From Escherichia coli (GTDB taxonomy: Bacteria; Pseudomonadota; Gammaproteobacteria; Enterobacterales; Enterobacteriaceae), in the NCBI RefSeq assembly GCF_904863375.1, contig NZ_LR890326.1: a stretch of DNA of 24,000 nucleotides; one strand, 5' to 3'. Below, piece by piece: positions 1 to 9,176 of this stretch. A model generated the notes under the pieces. It worked only from the letters and a program-made list of their open reading frames with translations, had not been told where the DNA came from and searched no databases. Position 1 is the first letter of the stretch, and every line of letters begins with the position of its first letter. A program made the translations under genes and the position numbers.

Positions 1-1292
1 TCCCCGCCCAGCCCCAGCCCGGCAATGCACGGTCCGTTCTTAACGAAAATGCTGGTATCAATGGCATTCGCCATCTGGTTCATGTTCTCGATATTGCGCG
101 AGTGCATTGCCGCCGTGTGGTGGCAACCGCCTTCCAGTTTCACCGCCAGCGCAATGGCATCCGCCACGTTGGCGACGCGCACGACGGGCAGCACCGGCAT
201 CATCAGTTCGGTCACGGCAAACGGATGTTCTGCGGTGGTTTCTACAAACAGCAGTCGCGTTTGTTCCGGAACTTTAAGGCCGATTGCCGCCGCGATTTTC
301 GCCGCATCGCGACCAACCCAGTCACGGCTGACGGTGCCTTTTCCGCACTCGTCGATATTTTTCAGCAACACCGATTGCAGTTGCTGCGCCTGCTCTGCGG
401 TCAGTTTCACCGCATGCTGGCCTTCCATCAGACGCATCAGTTCATCGGCTACGCTATCAACAACAATCAGTACCTTTTCGTCGGCACAAATGATGTTGTT
501 ATCGAAAGACGCGCCTTTGACGATGGACTGAGCAGCACGGGCGAGGTCGGCGGTTTCATCCACCACTACCGGCGGGTTGCCAGCGCCTGCGGCAATCAGA
601 CGTTTATTGGTGTGTTTACGCGCCGCTTCCACTACCGCTTCGCCGCCGGTCACCACCAGCAGGCCGATACCCGGGAACTTGAACAAACGTTGCGCGGTTT
701 CGATATCCGGATTGGCCACAGTAACCAGTAAGTTTTCCGGCCCGCCTGCGGCAACAATCGCCTGGTTGAGCAGCGTAATCGCCCGCTGGGAGACTTTTTT
801 CGCCGCCGGATGCGGGGCAAAAATGACGCTGTTGCCCGCGGCAATCAGGCTGATGGCGTTGTTAATTACGGTTGCCGCCGGGTTAGTGGAAGGCGTCACC
901 GAAGCCACCACGCCCCAGGGCGCGTTTTCAATCAGGGTCAGGCCGTTGTCACCGGTCAGCACCTGTGGTGAGAGGCACTCAACGCCTGGTGTGCCGCGCG
1001 CCTGAGCGACGTTTTTGGCAAATTTATCTTCAACGCGCCCCATGCCGGTTTCACTGACGGCAAGTTCCGCTAAATCTCTGGCGTGTTTTTCGCCTGCCTC
1101 ACGAATGGCAGCAATGGCTAACTGGCGCATTGCCACGCTTTTTAACCCTTGCTGGGCGACTTTGGCTGCCGCAACGGCGTCATCCAGGGACGCGAAAACG
1201 CCCATCTCATGAACGGCGGCGGGCGGCGTGTCACTGCTTTGCATTTTCAGCAGTACCGCTTTCACCACCTGTTCAATATCCTGTTGATTCAT
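1..1292 (-). CDS. eutE: Acetaldehyde dehydrogenase (acylating), ethanolamine utilisation EutE; C-terminus truncated by the window edge
   Basis: Minus-strand frame opens at ATG 1292-1290 and reads MNQQDIEQVVKAVLLKMQSSDTPP...; frame checked at the ISLIAAGNSVIF and NGPCIAGLGLGGEG segments and open to base 1. It is absent from the ORF track because it has no stop inside the window. Confidence 0.97.
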   Translation of the reverse strand, partial: MNQQDIEQVVKAVLLKMQSSDTPPAAVHEMGVFASLDDAVAAAKVAQQGLKSVAMRQLAIAAIREAGEKHARDLAELAVSETGMGRVEDKFAKNVAQARGTPGVECLSPQVLTGDNGLTLIENAPWGVVASVTPSTNPAATVINNAISLIAAGNSVIFAPHPAAKKVSQRAITLLNQAIVAAGGPENLLVTVANPDIETAQRLFKFPGIGLLVVTGGEAVVEAARKHTNKRLIAAGAGNPPVVVDETADLARAAQSIVKGASFDNNIICADEKVLIVVDSVADELMRLMEGQHAVKLTAEQAQQLQSVLLKNIDECGKGTVSRDWVGRDAAKIAAAIGLKVPEQTRLLFVETTAEHPFAVTELMMPVLPVVRVANVADAIALAVKLEGGCHHTAAMHSRNIENMNQMANAIDTSIFVKNGPCIAGLGLGG

Positions 1293-1303
1293 GATGTTCT
1301 GCC

Positions 1304-1591
1304 TTATTTGTGGAAAATGACCTGACCGCCAGACACCACCTCATCGACGATGCCAATCACGCACAGATCGACCGGTGACGTTTCGCTTTTATGCGCCTGG
1401 CGGGCGGAACTGCCACTCACCAGCAACACCCACTCCCCGGTTCCCGCGCCAATATTGTCGATGGCGACAGCGCATTGCCCGTCAGGATTACCTTGTGGAT
1501 CAATCATTTCCACCATCAGCAATTTGTCATGCGCCAGTCCGTGATGGCGTACGGTACAAACAATTTGTCCAGTGACGACTGCCAGTTTCAT
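1304..1591 (-). CDS. eutN: Ethanolamine utilisation microcompartment vertex protein EutN (EutN/CcmL family, pentameric)
   Basis: 95-aa ORF MKLAVVTGQIVCTVRHHGLAHDKLLMVEMIDPQG...; GGAGG upstream of the ATG; position after eutM. Confidence 0.97.
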   Translation of the reverse strand: MKLAVVTGQIVCTVRHHGLAHDKLLMVEMIDPQGNPDGQCAVAIDNIGAGTGEWVLLVSGSSARQAHKSETSPVDLCVIGIVDEVVSGGQVIFHK

Positions 1592-1697
1592 ACCCGCCTC
1601 CGTGGCGTATTTCAGGTAAAAGCTCCCCCTACCCTCCGCAGAAGGTAAAATGAAAAAGGAGAGAGCGTGACGCCCGAATCGACGTCACACAGGGTGA

Positions 1698-1991
1698 TTA
1701 CAGGTTGCTGCTATCGCCTTTCAGGCCGATCGGGAACACTTCTTCCAGGTCGCCGTGCGGACGCGGGATAACGTGTACAGATACCAGCTCGCCGATACGC
1801 TGTGCCGCTGCGGCACCTGCATCGGTCGCGGCTTTACAGGCTGCAACATCACCACGAACCATGGCAGTACACAGGCCGCCGCCAATCTGCTTAACACCAA
1901 CCAGCTTGACGCGCGCAGCTTTAACCATCGCGTCAGAAGCCTCAATCAGTGCAACCAGGCCCCGGGTTTCGATCATTCCTAATGCTTCCAT
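1698..1991 (-). CDS. eutM: Ethanolamine microcompartment shell protein EutM (BMC-domain)
   Basis: Track ORF is 1698..2033, but the family start [28 protein letters not shown] is at 1991 (97 aa); BMC-domain sequence. Confidence 0.97.
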   Translation of the reverse strand: MEALGMIETRGLVALIEASDAMVKAARVKLVGVKQIGGGLCTAMVRGDVAACKAATDAGAAAAQRIGELVSVHVIPRPHGDLEEVFPIGLKGDSSNL

Positions 1992-2029
1992 TGTGCTTTC
2001 CTCTTTATCAGGGTCCAGAACGGGACCGT

Positions 2030-3046
2030 TCATTCAACCAGTGTTTGTAAACTGCTTTCGCGGTTCACTTCTGTCTGACGCGGCACAGCTGCCACCAGCG
2101 CCAGTTCGATAATTTCCTGCACGCTACAACCACGAGAGAGATCGTGCATCGGCGCGGCAAGTCCTTGTATCAATGGCCCGACGGCACGATATCCGCCAAG
2201 TCGTTGTGCGATTTTGTAGCCAATATTTCCGGCTTCCAGCGACGGAAAAACCATCACATTGGCCTTGCCTTGTAGCGGGCTGGCAGGCGCTTTTTGCGCC
2301 GCCACTTCCGGCACGAAGGCGGCGTCAAACTGCAACTCGCCATCGACAACCAGCTTTGGTGCGCGCTCACGGACGATTTCTGTCGCCTGCTGCACGTTGG
2401 CAACGCAGGGGTGACGGGCACTACCGTTGCTGGAAAACGACAGCATCGCCACGCGCGGTTCTTCTCCGGTGATGGCGCGCCAGGTTTCGGCGCTGGCAAG
2501 CGCGATATCCGCCAACTGCGCCGCCGTCGGCTGTGGCACCACGCTGCAATCGGCAAAACCCAACGCCGGACCGCTGTACTGTGGCAGCATCAGGAAAATG
2601 GATGAGAGCGTTTTACAGCCTGGCTGCAAGCCAATAATGCGTAATCCGGCACGCAGCACATTCGCCGTGGAAGAGAGATTGCCCGCGATACAGACATCCG
2701 CTTTACCGGCGCTGACCATTGCGGCGGCGAACATCAGCGGTTCGGTGAGTTTTTCCAGCGCATCCGGCGGCGTTTTTTCGCCCGCGCGGGCCAGCCAGCG
2801 ATGAGCAAATTCTTCCCGCATTGCGAGGTTGCCATGCGGATCAATCACCTGTAGCCCGTCCATCGCTACGCCATGACTGAGCGCAAACTGACGAAGTTCA
2901 AACGGATTAGCGACCAGAATGGGCGTTGCCAGACCTTGTTGATGTAAATATTGCGCAGCTTTCAGCACACGCTGATCTAACGCATCCGGAAAAACCACTC
3001 TGGCGGGCGCTCGCAACGCCAGTTCACGACAACGTTCAATAATCAT
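2030..3046 (-). CDS. eutD: Phosphate acetyltransferase EutD (ethanolamine utilisation)
   Basis: 338-aa [37 protein letters not shown]...; PTA/PTB fold family, in eut context. Confidence 0.96.
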   Translation of the reverse strand: MIIERCRELALRAPARVVFPDALDQRVLKAAQYLHQQGLATPILVANPFELRQFALSHGVAMDGLQVIDPHGNLAMREEFAHRWLARAGEKTPPDALEKLTEPLMFAAAMVSAGKADVCIAGNLSSTANVLRAGLRIIGLQPGCKTLSSIFLMLPQYSGPALGFADCSVVPQPTAAQLADIALASAETWRAITGEEPRVAMLSFSSNGSARHPCVANVQQATEIVRERAPKLVVDGELQFDAAFVPEVAAQKAPASPLQGKANVMVFPSLEAGNIGYKIAQRLGGYRAVGPLIQGLAAPMHDLSRGCSVQEIIELALVAAVPRQTEVNRESSLQTLVE

Positions 3047-3846
3047 TGCGTTTCCCCCAGTCGTTGTTGGATCTGCTTCACCGTTAGCGGCTGCTTCGTT
3101 ACGCTCAGGATCATCATCACGTAGACCGTGCTGGAAAGGCGGTTCAGCGCCTGCAAGATGTCCGGGCGTAATACTTCAAAGCTGCGGGTGATAAAGACCT
3201 GCGCCGCTACGGTTTCGGTTTCCCGCACTTTGGTGCGTAGCAGATTTAGCAACGCCGCATCGCGCCCGTGGCTGGCTTCCGGCACCAGATGATCGTGGTC
3301 GAGATAACGCAGCGGCTGGTGAGAAAGCCGATGCAGATCTTCGTCAGAAAGCCCGACAATCGCCTGGCAGGCCAGCGGTTCCCCCAGCGCATCGGCACGC
3401 ATAATGTTGCCAAGACGCGAACGGATATCCGCCAGCCACGGCTGCCACGGTTCCGCCAGTTCAATTTGCAGCCACACTGCCAGCGCAATGGTGCTGTCGA
3501 GAACAGCGCGAAAAGCCAGGCGCGGATCGCTTTTGGCAACCATTTTTTCCGCCGACAGGTGAGTCAGCGTATCCGGCTTTTTTGCCACCGGCTGGCGGCA
3601 CAGTTCGCAGCACGCCTGCGGATGTTCATCGCTACTGGTCAGCCCATGAACGGGCTGCGGCTGCTGCTGTTCATCGTCAACAAACAGGCGGCCCTGCTCG
3701 TCAATAAACTTGATGCGCAGATGGCGGCTTTCCAGTAACTCCCGGGCAGAGGGCGTCAGGCGACTGTCCGCAGGGAGATGGATCTCTGCGCCTTCGCTGA
3801 GCGTATGGTTCGCTCTTAGCCATGCTTCGGTGATGAAATCTTTCAT
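3043..3846 (-). CDS. eutT: Ethanolamine utilisation cobalamin adenosyltransferase EutT
   Basis: 267-aa [41 protein letters not shown]... containing the [11 protein letters not shown] cysteine/histidine region; overlaps eutD by 4 nt. Confidence 0.96.
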   Translation of the reverse strand: MKDFITEAWLRANHTLSEGAEIHLPADSRLTPSARELLESRHLRIKFIDEQGRLFVDDEQQQPQPVHGLTSSDEHPQACCELCRQPVAKKPDTLTHLSAEKMVAKSDPRLAFRAVLDSTIALAVWLQIELAEPWQPWLADIRSRLGNIMRADALGEPLACQAIVGLSDEDLHRLSHQPLRYLDHDHLVPEASHGRDAALLNLLRTKVRETETVAAQVFITRSFEVLRPDILQALNRLSSTVYVMMILSVTKQPLTVKQIQQRLGETQ

Positions 3847-4544
3847 AGGGATTGCCAGTTAGCCGGCCAGGCGACATACAGGAATTTCACGCTGGATGTC
3901 GTACCAAATTCGATACTGGAGCCTTTCGGGATAAACATCACATCGCCCGCTTTGGCGATCATAGTTTCGCCTTCGTGGCGAACATGCAGTTCCCCTTCCA
4001 GCACCATGTCGATTTCGTCGTAGTTCAGGGTCCACGGAAAGAAGGCGTTCTCCCACTGCATGAAACCAGCGGCCATACTGCTGCCGTCGTCTCCGGTCAC
4101 GAGATCAGTCAAGCCTACGCAGTGCGGTTCCGCGCCATCGAAACGACCAAACTTGACGCTGCTGCCATCAATCACTTTGATGCCGCCTTTGCCGGTCACC
4201 GATTTGAAACTCGGCTGCATTGCACCCTGCTCCAGTGACTGTTTTTCCTTCATCACTTTTTCCATCAGCTGCGCGACCAGGCTTTCGGTAAACTGGCCTT
4301 CCGGTAGCTGGGCGATGATGGTTTCGCGGATGCGCTGGCTTTCGGTTTTATCGGCTGGCACGCTGGCGGGAACGGACGTCGTTACCGCAGTCGATTCATC
4401 ACATTCGGTGATGGTAAAACCCAACAGATCAGCCACTTCACGAGCTTCCGGGGTAATAATGCTGGCGCGCAGAACCACGGACATTGCCAGTTCGCCGCGC
4501 GCGTGTGCTTCACGAATATCATTCGCTGTGATGAGTTTTTTCAC
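3843..4544 (-). CDS. eutQ: Ethanolamine utilisation protein EutQ (C-terminal cupin domain; acetate kinase activity reported for the family)
   Basis: 233-aa ORF ending ...[34 protein letters not shown] (cupin); overlaps eutT by 4 nt. Confidence 0.95.
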   Translation of the reverse strand: MKKLITANDIREAHARGELAMSVVLRASIITPEAREVADLLGFTITECDESTAVTTSVPASVPADKTESQRIRETIIAQLPEGQFTESLVAQLMEKVMKEKQSLEQGAMQPSFKSVTGKGGIKVIDGSSVKFGRFDGAEPHCVGLTDLVTGDDGSSMAAGFMQWENAFFPWTLNYDEIDMVLEGELHVRHEGETMIAKAGDVMFIPKGSSIEFGTTSSVKFLYVAWPANWQSL

Positions 4545-4998
4545 CTGCTTCCTCCTGTTTGGTGAGAGATGCCAGATAATCCACCAGTTGCTGCACGCTT
4601 TGCGGGTCGTGGCTGTTTAGCTCGAAAATCGGCTCTTCGAAGCCCGTCTCAAGCAATAACTTTCGCGTTGCGGCGACGTCAGCATCTGGCATGTCCGTTT
4701 TACTGATGACGGCGATTTGCCGTTTGCTGACGCCAATATCCAGCAACCCGGCAGGCAACCGACTTTCCGGGTCATTCGCGCCGTGGACATAGATCAGCAT
4801 GTCCACATCCTGTAGCGTGGTAATTAAGGCGTGATACCAGCGGGGATGGCTAAAATATTCACCCGGCGTATCAATATCGCCCTTATCATTAAATTCCACG
4901 GCCTGTGTTTTTCTGGCGAGGGTATAATTCCCCTGCAACGCATTAAATAACGTTGTTTTTCCTGCCCCGACGGTACCCACAAACGCAATTCGTTTCAT
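4519..4998 (-). CDS. eutP: Ethanolamine utilisation P-loop protein EutP
   Basis: 159-aa ORF MKRIAFVGTVGAGKTTLFNALQGNY... with Walker A GTVGAGKT; overlaps eutQ by 26 nt. Confidence 0.95.
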   Translation of the reverse strand: MKRIAFVGTVGAGKTTLFNALQGNYTLARKTQAVEFNDKGDIDTPGEYFSHPRWYHALITTLQDVDMLIYVHGANDPESRLPAGLLDIGVSKRQIAVISKTDMPDADVAATRKLLLETGFEEPIFELNSHDPQSVQQLVDYLASLTKQEEAGEKTHHSE

Positions 4999-5010
4999 GA
5001 ATGCCTCGTA

Positions 5011-5346
5011 TTAACTTTTGGTCATTTCACAAAGCGTATAATTTAATAAGCGACCTAAACCACTGACGGTTTGTGATAACGCTTCTTCTACTGCACCCAC
5101 CGAGCCATAAATCACCAGCGCGCCGCTAAAACGGTCGAGAAAACCGATATGCACATCGGCAGCTTTCAGCGCTAAATCACCGGCGATCATCGCCGTTTCT
5201 CCGGGAGTTAGCGTCATAATGCCAATTGCGCCCGCATCCGGAACGCCGATTTTCTTCGCCAGTTCCTCGCCGGGATGCGCGATGAGATGCGCCAGTGTGA
5301 CCTGTTTACCGGGCACAAATTCCTGAATGATGCGTTCTTTATCCAT
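5011..5346 (-). CDS. eutS: Ethanolamine microcompartment shell protein EutS (BMC-domain), first gene of the eut operon
   Basis: Track ORF begins at 5418, but the family start [32 protein letters not shown] is at 5346 (111 aa), preceded by an AGGCGG-type ribosome binding sequence. Confidence 0.96.
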
Positions 5347-5593
5347 GAGTCGCCGCCTGTGAAAAACTTTCGTGTATCGTGACAATATTTCGTCAGAGTA
5401 AATAACAAAATTCGGCAAGCGCGTTTAAAAGGTGAGGTAGATCACTAAGAATGGAGAGATATTTGCTGTGGTGCATAAACTTTCATATGCAACGCATGAA
5501 TATAAATAAAATAATATCGAGATATTTTATATACTGTTTTTTTTATTATTCGCAAACTCAGTAATAAACTTTACTAATATATTGCAGCTAAAC

Positions 5594-5621
5594 CGCTTAC
5601 CCTGAATATTCAGGGTAAGCG
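5594..5621. repeat. Perfect 28-bp palindrome CGCTTACCCTGAATATTCAGGGTAAGCG; possible 3'-end hairpin for maeB
   Basis: Base-by-base inverted symmetry about 5607/5608; lies 17 bp past the maeB stop codon. Confidence 0.9.
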
Positions 5622-5638
5622 TGAGAGTTAAAAAAGAA

Positions 5639-7918
5639 TTACAGCGGTTGGGTTTGCGCTTCAACCACGGCCAGCGCCACCATGTTGACGATACGACGTA
5701 CCGATGCGATCGGCGTTAACACGTGAACCGGCTTCGCCACGCCCATCAGCACCGGACCGACAGTCACACCTTCCGAGCTGGAAACGCGCAGTAAGTTGTA
5801 ACTAATGCGGGCAGCTTCCATGTTCGGCATCACCAGAATATTAGCGGAACCTTTCAAAGGGCTGTCCGGCATACGGTCGTTGCGAATCGCTTCCACCAGC
5901 GCTGCATCGCCGTGCATTTCACCATCAATCATCAGTTCTGGCGCACGTTCCCTGACCAGTTCCAGCGCCTGACGCATTTTGCTCGACGACGGGCAGTCAG
6001 AAGAACCAAAGTTGGAGTGCGACAACAGAGCCACACGCGGTTCAATACCAAAACGACGAACAGTTTCTGCCGCCATCAAGGTGATCTCCGCCAGCTCTTC
6101 TGCATCAGGCTCATCATTGACGTAGGTATCGGCAATAAAGGTGTTACCACTCGGCAACAGCAGCGCGTTCATGGCACCTGCGGTGTGAACGCCATCGCGA
6201 TAACCAAAGACATTTTTCACCACGCTAAAGTGTTCATGATAATCGCCCACCGTACCGCAAATCATTGCATCGGCTTCGCCACGCTGAACCATGATCGCGC
6301 CGATCACTGTCGGGTTACTGATCAGCGCACGCTGCGCCTGCTCCTGAGTGACACCGCGACGCTTCATGATCTGGAAGTATTCGGTCCAGTACTCTTTAAA
6401 GCGCGGATCGGATTCGTTATTGACGATCTCAAAATCAACGCCCGCCTTGATCTGCAAGCCCAGTTTCTGAATGCGCATTTCGATCACGTTCGGACGACCA
6501 ATAAGAATCGGTTTCGCCAGTCCCAGCGTTACCAATTCCTGAGTGGCATGCAGAACGCGCGCCTCTTCCCCTTCCGGCAGAACTACGCGCTTCGGCGCTT
6601 TGCGAGCCTGGGAGAAAATCGGCTTCATAAACAGGTTGGTTTTGTAAACGAACTCCGTCAGCTTGTCGATGTAGACGTCGAAATCAGCAATCGGACGCGT
6701 CGCCACGCCCGACTCCATCGCCGCTTTCGCCACCGCAGGAGCGATCTTAACGATCAAGCGCGGATCAAACGGTTTTGGAATGATGTATTCCGGACCAAAG
6801 CTCAGATCCTGATCGCCATACGCTGAAGCCACCACTTCACTCTGTTCCGCATGGGCCAGTTCTGCAATCGCGCGTACTGCCGCCAGTTTCATCTCTTCGT
6901 TGATGGCGGTTGCGCCAACGTCCAGCGCGCCACGGAAGATAAACGGGAAGCAAAGGACGTTGTTCACCTGGTTCGGGTAGTCGGAACGGCCGGTACAGAT
7001 GATGGCATCCGGACGCACTTCTTTCGCCAGCGGCGGCAGAATTTCCGGTTCCGGATTCGCCAGCGCCAGGATCATTGGTGCCCGAGCCATTTTCTTCACC
7101 ATTTCCTGGGTCAGCACTTTCGGGCCGGAACAGCCGAGGAAAATATCCGCACCTTCAATCACATCATCGAGGGTACGTTTGCCGTCATCCACCACCGCAT
7201 ATGCGGCTTTGGTTTCCGCCATATTTGGCTCACGGCCCTGATAGATAACGCCTTTTGAATCACAAACCACGATGTTATGTTTTTGCAGCCCCAGCGCCAC
7301 CAGCAGGTTCATACAGGCAATTGCTGCTGCACCCGCGCCGGAAACCACCATCCGCACGTCGGAGATGTTTTTCTCCACCACGCGCAATCCGTTGAGGATG
7401 GCGGCAGTGCTGATAATTGCCGTGCCGTGCTGATCGTCGTGGAATACTGGAATATTCATCCGCTCGCGCAGTTTCTGTTCAATATAGAAACATTCTGGCG
7501 CTTTAATGTCTTCGAGGTTGATGCCGCCGAAGGTCGGTTCAAGCGCGGCGACGACTTCAATAAATTTGTCCGGGTCGAGTTCATCAACTTCAATGTCAAA
7601 TACATCAATCCCGGCGAATTTCTTAAACAGAACGCCCTTGCCTTCCATCACCGGTTTGCCTGCCAGCGCGCCAATGTTGCCTAACCCCAGCACCGCCGTA
7701 CCGTTAGAGATCACCGCCACCAGGTTACCACGCGCGGTATATTTGTAGGCTTTTAACGGGTCTTTTTCGATTTCAAGACAAGGTGCGGCAACGCCTGGTG
7801 AGTAGGCCAGCGCCAGATCGCGCTGCGTTGCCAGAGGCTTGGTTGGAGAAACCTGGATTTTCCCTGGAACTGGAAATTCATGGAAATCAAGTGCACTTTG
7901 TTTTAACTGGTCATCCAT
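5639..7918 (-). CDS. maeB: NADP-dependent malate dehydrogenase (decarboxylating; malic enzyme) with C-terminal phosphotransacetylase-like domain
   Basis: 759-aa [47 protein letters not shown]...; malic enzyme N-half and PTA-like C-half ([16 protein letters not shown]...). Confidence 0.97.
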   Translation of the reverse strand: MDDQLKQSALDFHEFPVPGKIQVSPTKPLATQRDLALAYSPGVAAPCLEIEKDPLKAYKYTARGNLVAVISNGTAVLGLGNIGALAGKPVMEGKGVLFKKFAGIDVFDIEVDELDPDKFIEVVAALEPTFGGINLEDIKAPECFYIEQKLRERMNIPVFHDDQHGTAIISTAAILNGLRVVEKNISDVRMVVSGAGAAAIACMNLLVALGLQKHNIVVCDSKGVIYQGREPNMAETKAAYAVVDDGKRTLDDVIEGADIFLGCSGPKVLTQEMVKKMARAPMILALANPEPEILPPLAKEVRPDAIICTGRSDYPNQVNNVLCFPFIFRGALDVGATAINEEMKLAAVRAIAELAHAEQSEVVASAYGDQDLSFGPEYIIPKPFDPRLIVKIAPAVAKAAMESGVATRPIADFDVYIDKLTEFVYKTNLFMKPIFSQARKAPKRVVLPEGEEARVLHATQELVTLGLAKPILIGRPNVIEMRIQKLGLQIKAGVDFEIVNNESDPRFKEYWTEYFQIMKRRGVTQEQAQRALISNPTVIGAIMVQRGEADAMICGTVGDYHEHFSVVKNVFGYRDGVHTAGAMNALLLPSGNTFIADTYVNDEPDAEELAEITLMAAETVRRFGIEPRVALLSHSNFGSSDCPSSSKMRQALELVRERAPELMIDGEMHGDAALVEAIRNDRMPDSPLKGSANILVMPNMEAARISYNLLRVSSSEGVTVGPVLMGVAKPVHVLTPIASVRRIVNMVALAVVEAQTQPL

Positions 7919-7930
7919 TTGGTTGTTCCT

Positions 7931-7946
7931 TTCACGTAACGTTCAC
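7931..7946 (+). promoter_or_regulatory. Candidate CreB-binding site (cre tag, TTCAC-N6-TTCAC)
   Basis: TTCACGTAACGTTCAC matches the published cre-tag consensus exactly and lies in the maeB/talA divergent intergenic region; talA-tktB is a reported CreBC-regulated locus. Confidence 0.6.
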
Positions 7947-8206
7947 AAATAAAGTGTGTGGGCAACAGCCCCTGCCCACAACGTGGCGCACATTATTACC
8001 TTGCCGGAGTCTACAGACTTTGAGCAAGTCCAAACTCTCACCATTAATATAATGTTTTGGTAATAATCCTATAACACTGATGTTACCTGCTTAATCCAGC
8101 AATACCATGCCTGTCTGCTATGCTTTTTTGATGCGTTTAGCGAAATTTCTCAGAAGTGTGAATTAACGCACTCATCTAACACTTTACTTTTCAAGGAGTA
8201 TTTCCT

Positions 8207-9157
8207 ATGAACGAGTTAGACGGCATCAAACAGTTCACCACTGTCGTGGCAGACAGCGGCGATATTGAGTCCATTCGCCATTATCATCCCCAGGATGCCA
8301 CCACCAATCCTTCGCTGTTACTCAAGGCTGCCGGATTATCACAATATGAGCATTTAATAGACGATGCTATCGCCTGGGGTAAAAAAAATGGCAAAACCCA
8401 GGAACAACAGGTGGTCGCAGCGTGTGACAAACTGGCGGTCAATTTCGGTGCTGAAATTCTCAAAATCGTACCCGGTCGCGTGTCAACAGAAGTTGATGCA
8501 CGCCTCTCTTTTGATAAAGAAAAGAGTATTGAAAAGGCCCGCCATCTGGTGGACTTGTATCAGCAACAAGGCGTTGAGAAATCACGCATTTTGATCAAGC
8601 TGGCTTCAACCTGGGAAGGAATTCGCGCGGCAGAAGAGCTGGAAAAAGAAGGTATTAACTGCAACCTGACGCTGCTGTTTTCTTTTGCACAGGCGCGGGC
8701 CTGTGCAGAAGCAGGCGTATTTCTGATTTCGCCGTTTGTCGGGCGTATTTATGACTGGTATCAGGCACGCAAGCCGATGGACCCGTATGTGGTGGAAGAA
8801 GATCCAGGCGTTAAATCAGTACGCAATATCTACGACTACTATAAGCAACACCACTATGAAACCATTGTGATGGGCGCGAGTTTCCGTCGCACCGAACAAA
8901 TCCTCGCCTTAACCGGCTGCGATCGACTGACTATCGCACCGAATTTGCTAAAGGAGCTGCAGGAAAAAGTTTCGCCAGTGGTACGTAAATTAATCCCACC
9001 TTCTCAGACGTTCCCACGCCCAGCTCCCATGAGCGAAGCGGAGTTCCGTTGGGAGCACAATCAGGATGCGATGGCGGTAGAAAAACTGTCTGAAGGCATT
9101 CGTCTGTTCGCCGTTGATCAACGCAAACTGGAAGATCTTCTTGCCGCCAAACTATAA
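8207..9157 (+). CDS. talA: Transaldolase A
   Basis: 316-aa [45 protein letters not shown]... with the catalytic region [19 protein letters not shown]; AAGGAG upstream of ATG. Confidence 0.97.
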   Translation: MNELDGIKQFTTVVADSGDIESIRHYHPQDATTNPSLLLKAAGLSQYEHLIDDAIAWGKKNGKTQEQQVVAACDKLAVNFGAEILKIVPGRVSTEVDARLSFDKEKSIEKARHLVDLYQQQGVEKSRILIKLASTWEGIRAAEELEKEGINCNLTLLFSFAQARACAEAGVFLISPFVGRIYDWYQARKPMDPYVVEEDPGVKSVRNIYDYYKQHHYETIVMGASFRRTEQILALTGCDRLTIAPNLLKELQEKVSPVVRKLIPPSQTFPRPAPMSEAEFRWEHNQDAMAVEKLSEGIRLFAVDQRKLEDLLAAKL

Positions 9158-9176
9158 ACCAGCCACGGAGTGTTAT

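Noticed and set aside
25-731. Plus-strand ORFs 25..531 and 102..731
   Set aside because: Antisense to eutE, whose minus-strand frame is intact and runs off the window edge.
1-5346. eut cluster as a possible novel microcompartment system
   Set aside because: Gene content and order match the well-characterised enterobacterial ethanolamine-utilisation operon.
7783-8052. Plus-strand 89-aa ORF spanning the maeB 5' end and the intergenic region
   Set aside because: Mostly antisense to maeB, ends in AT-rich intergenic DNA, no recognisable family.
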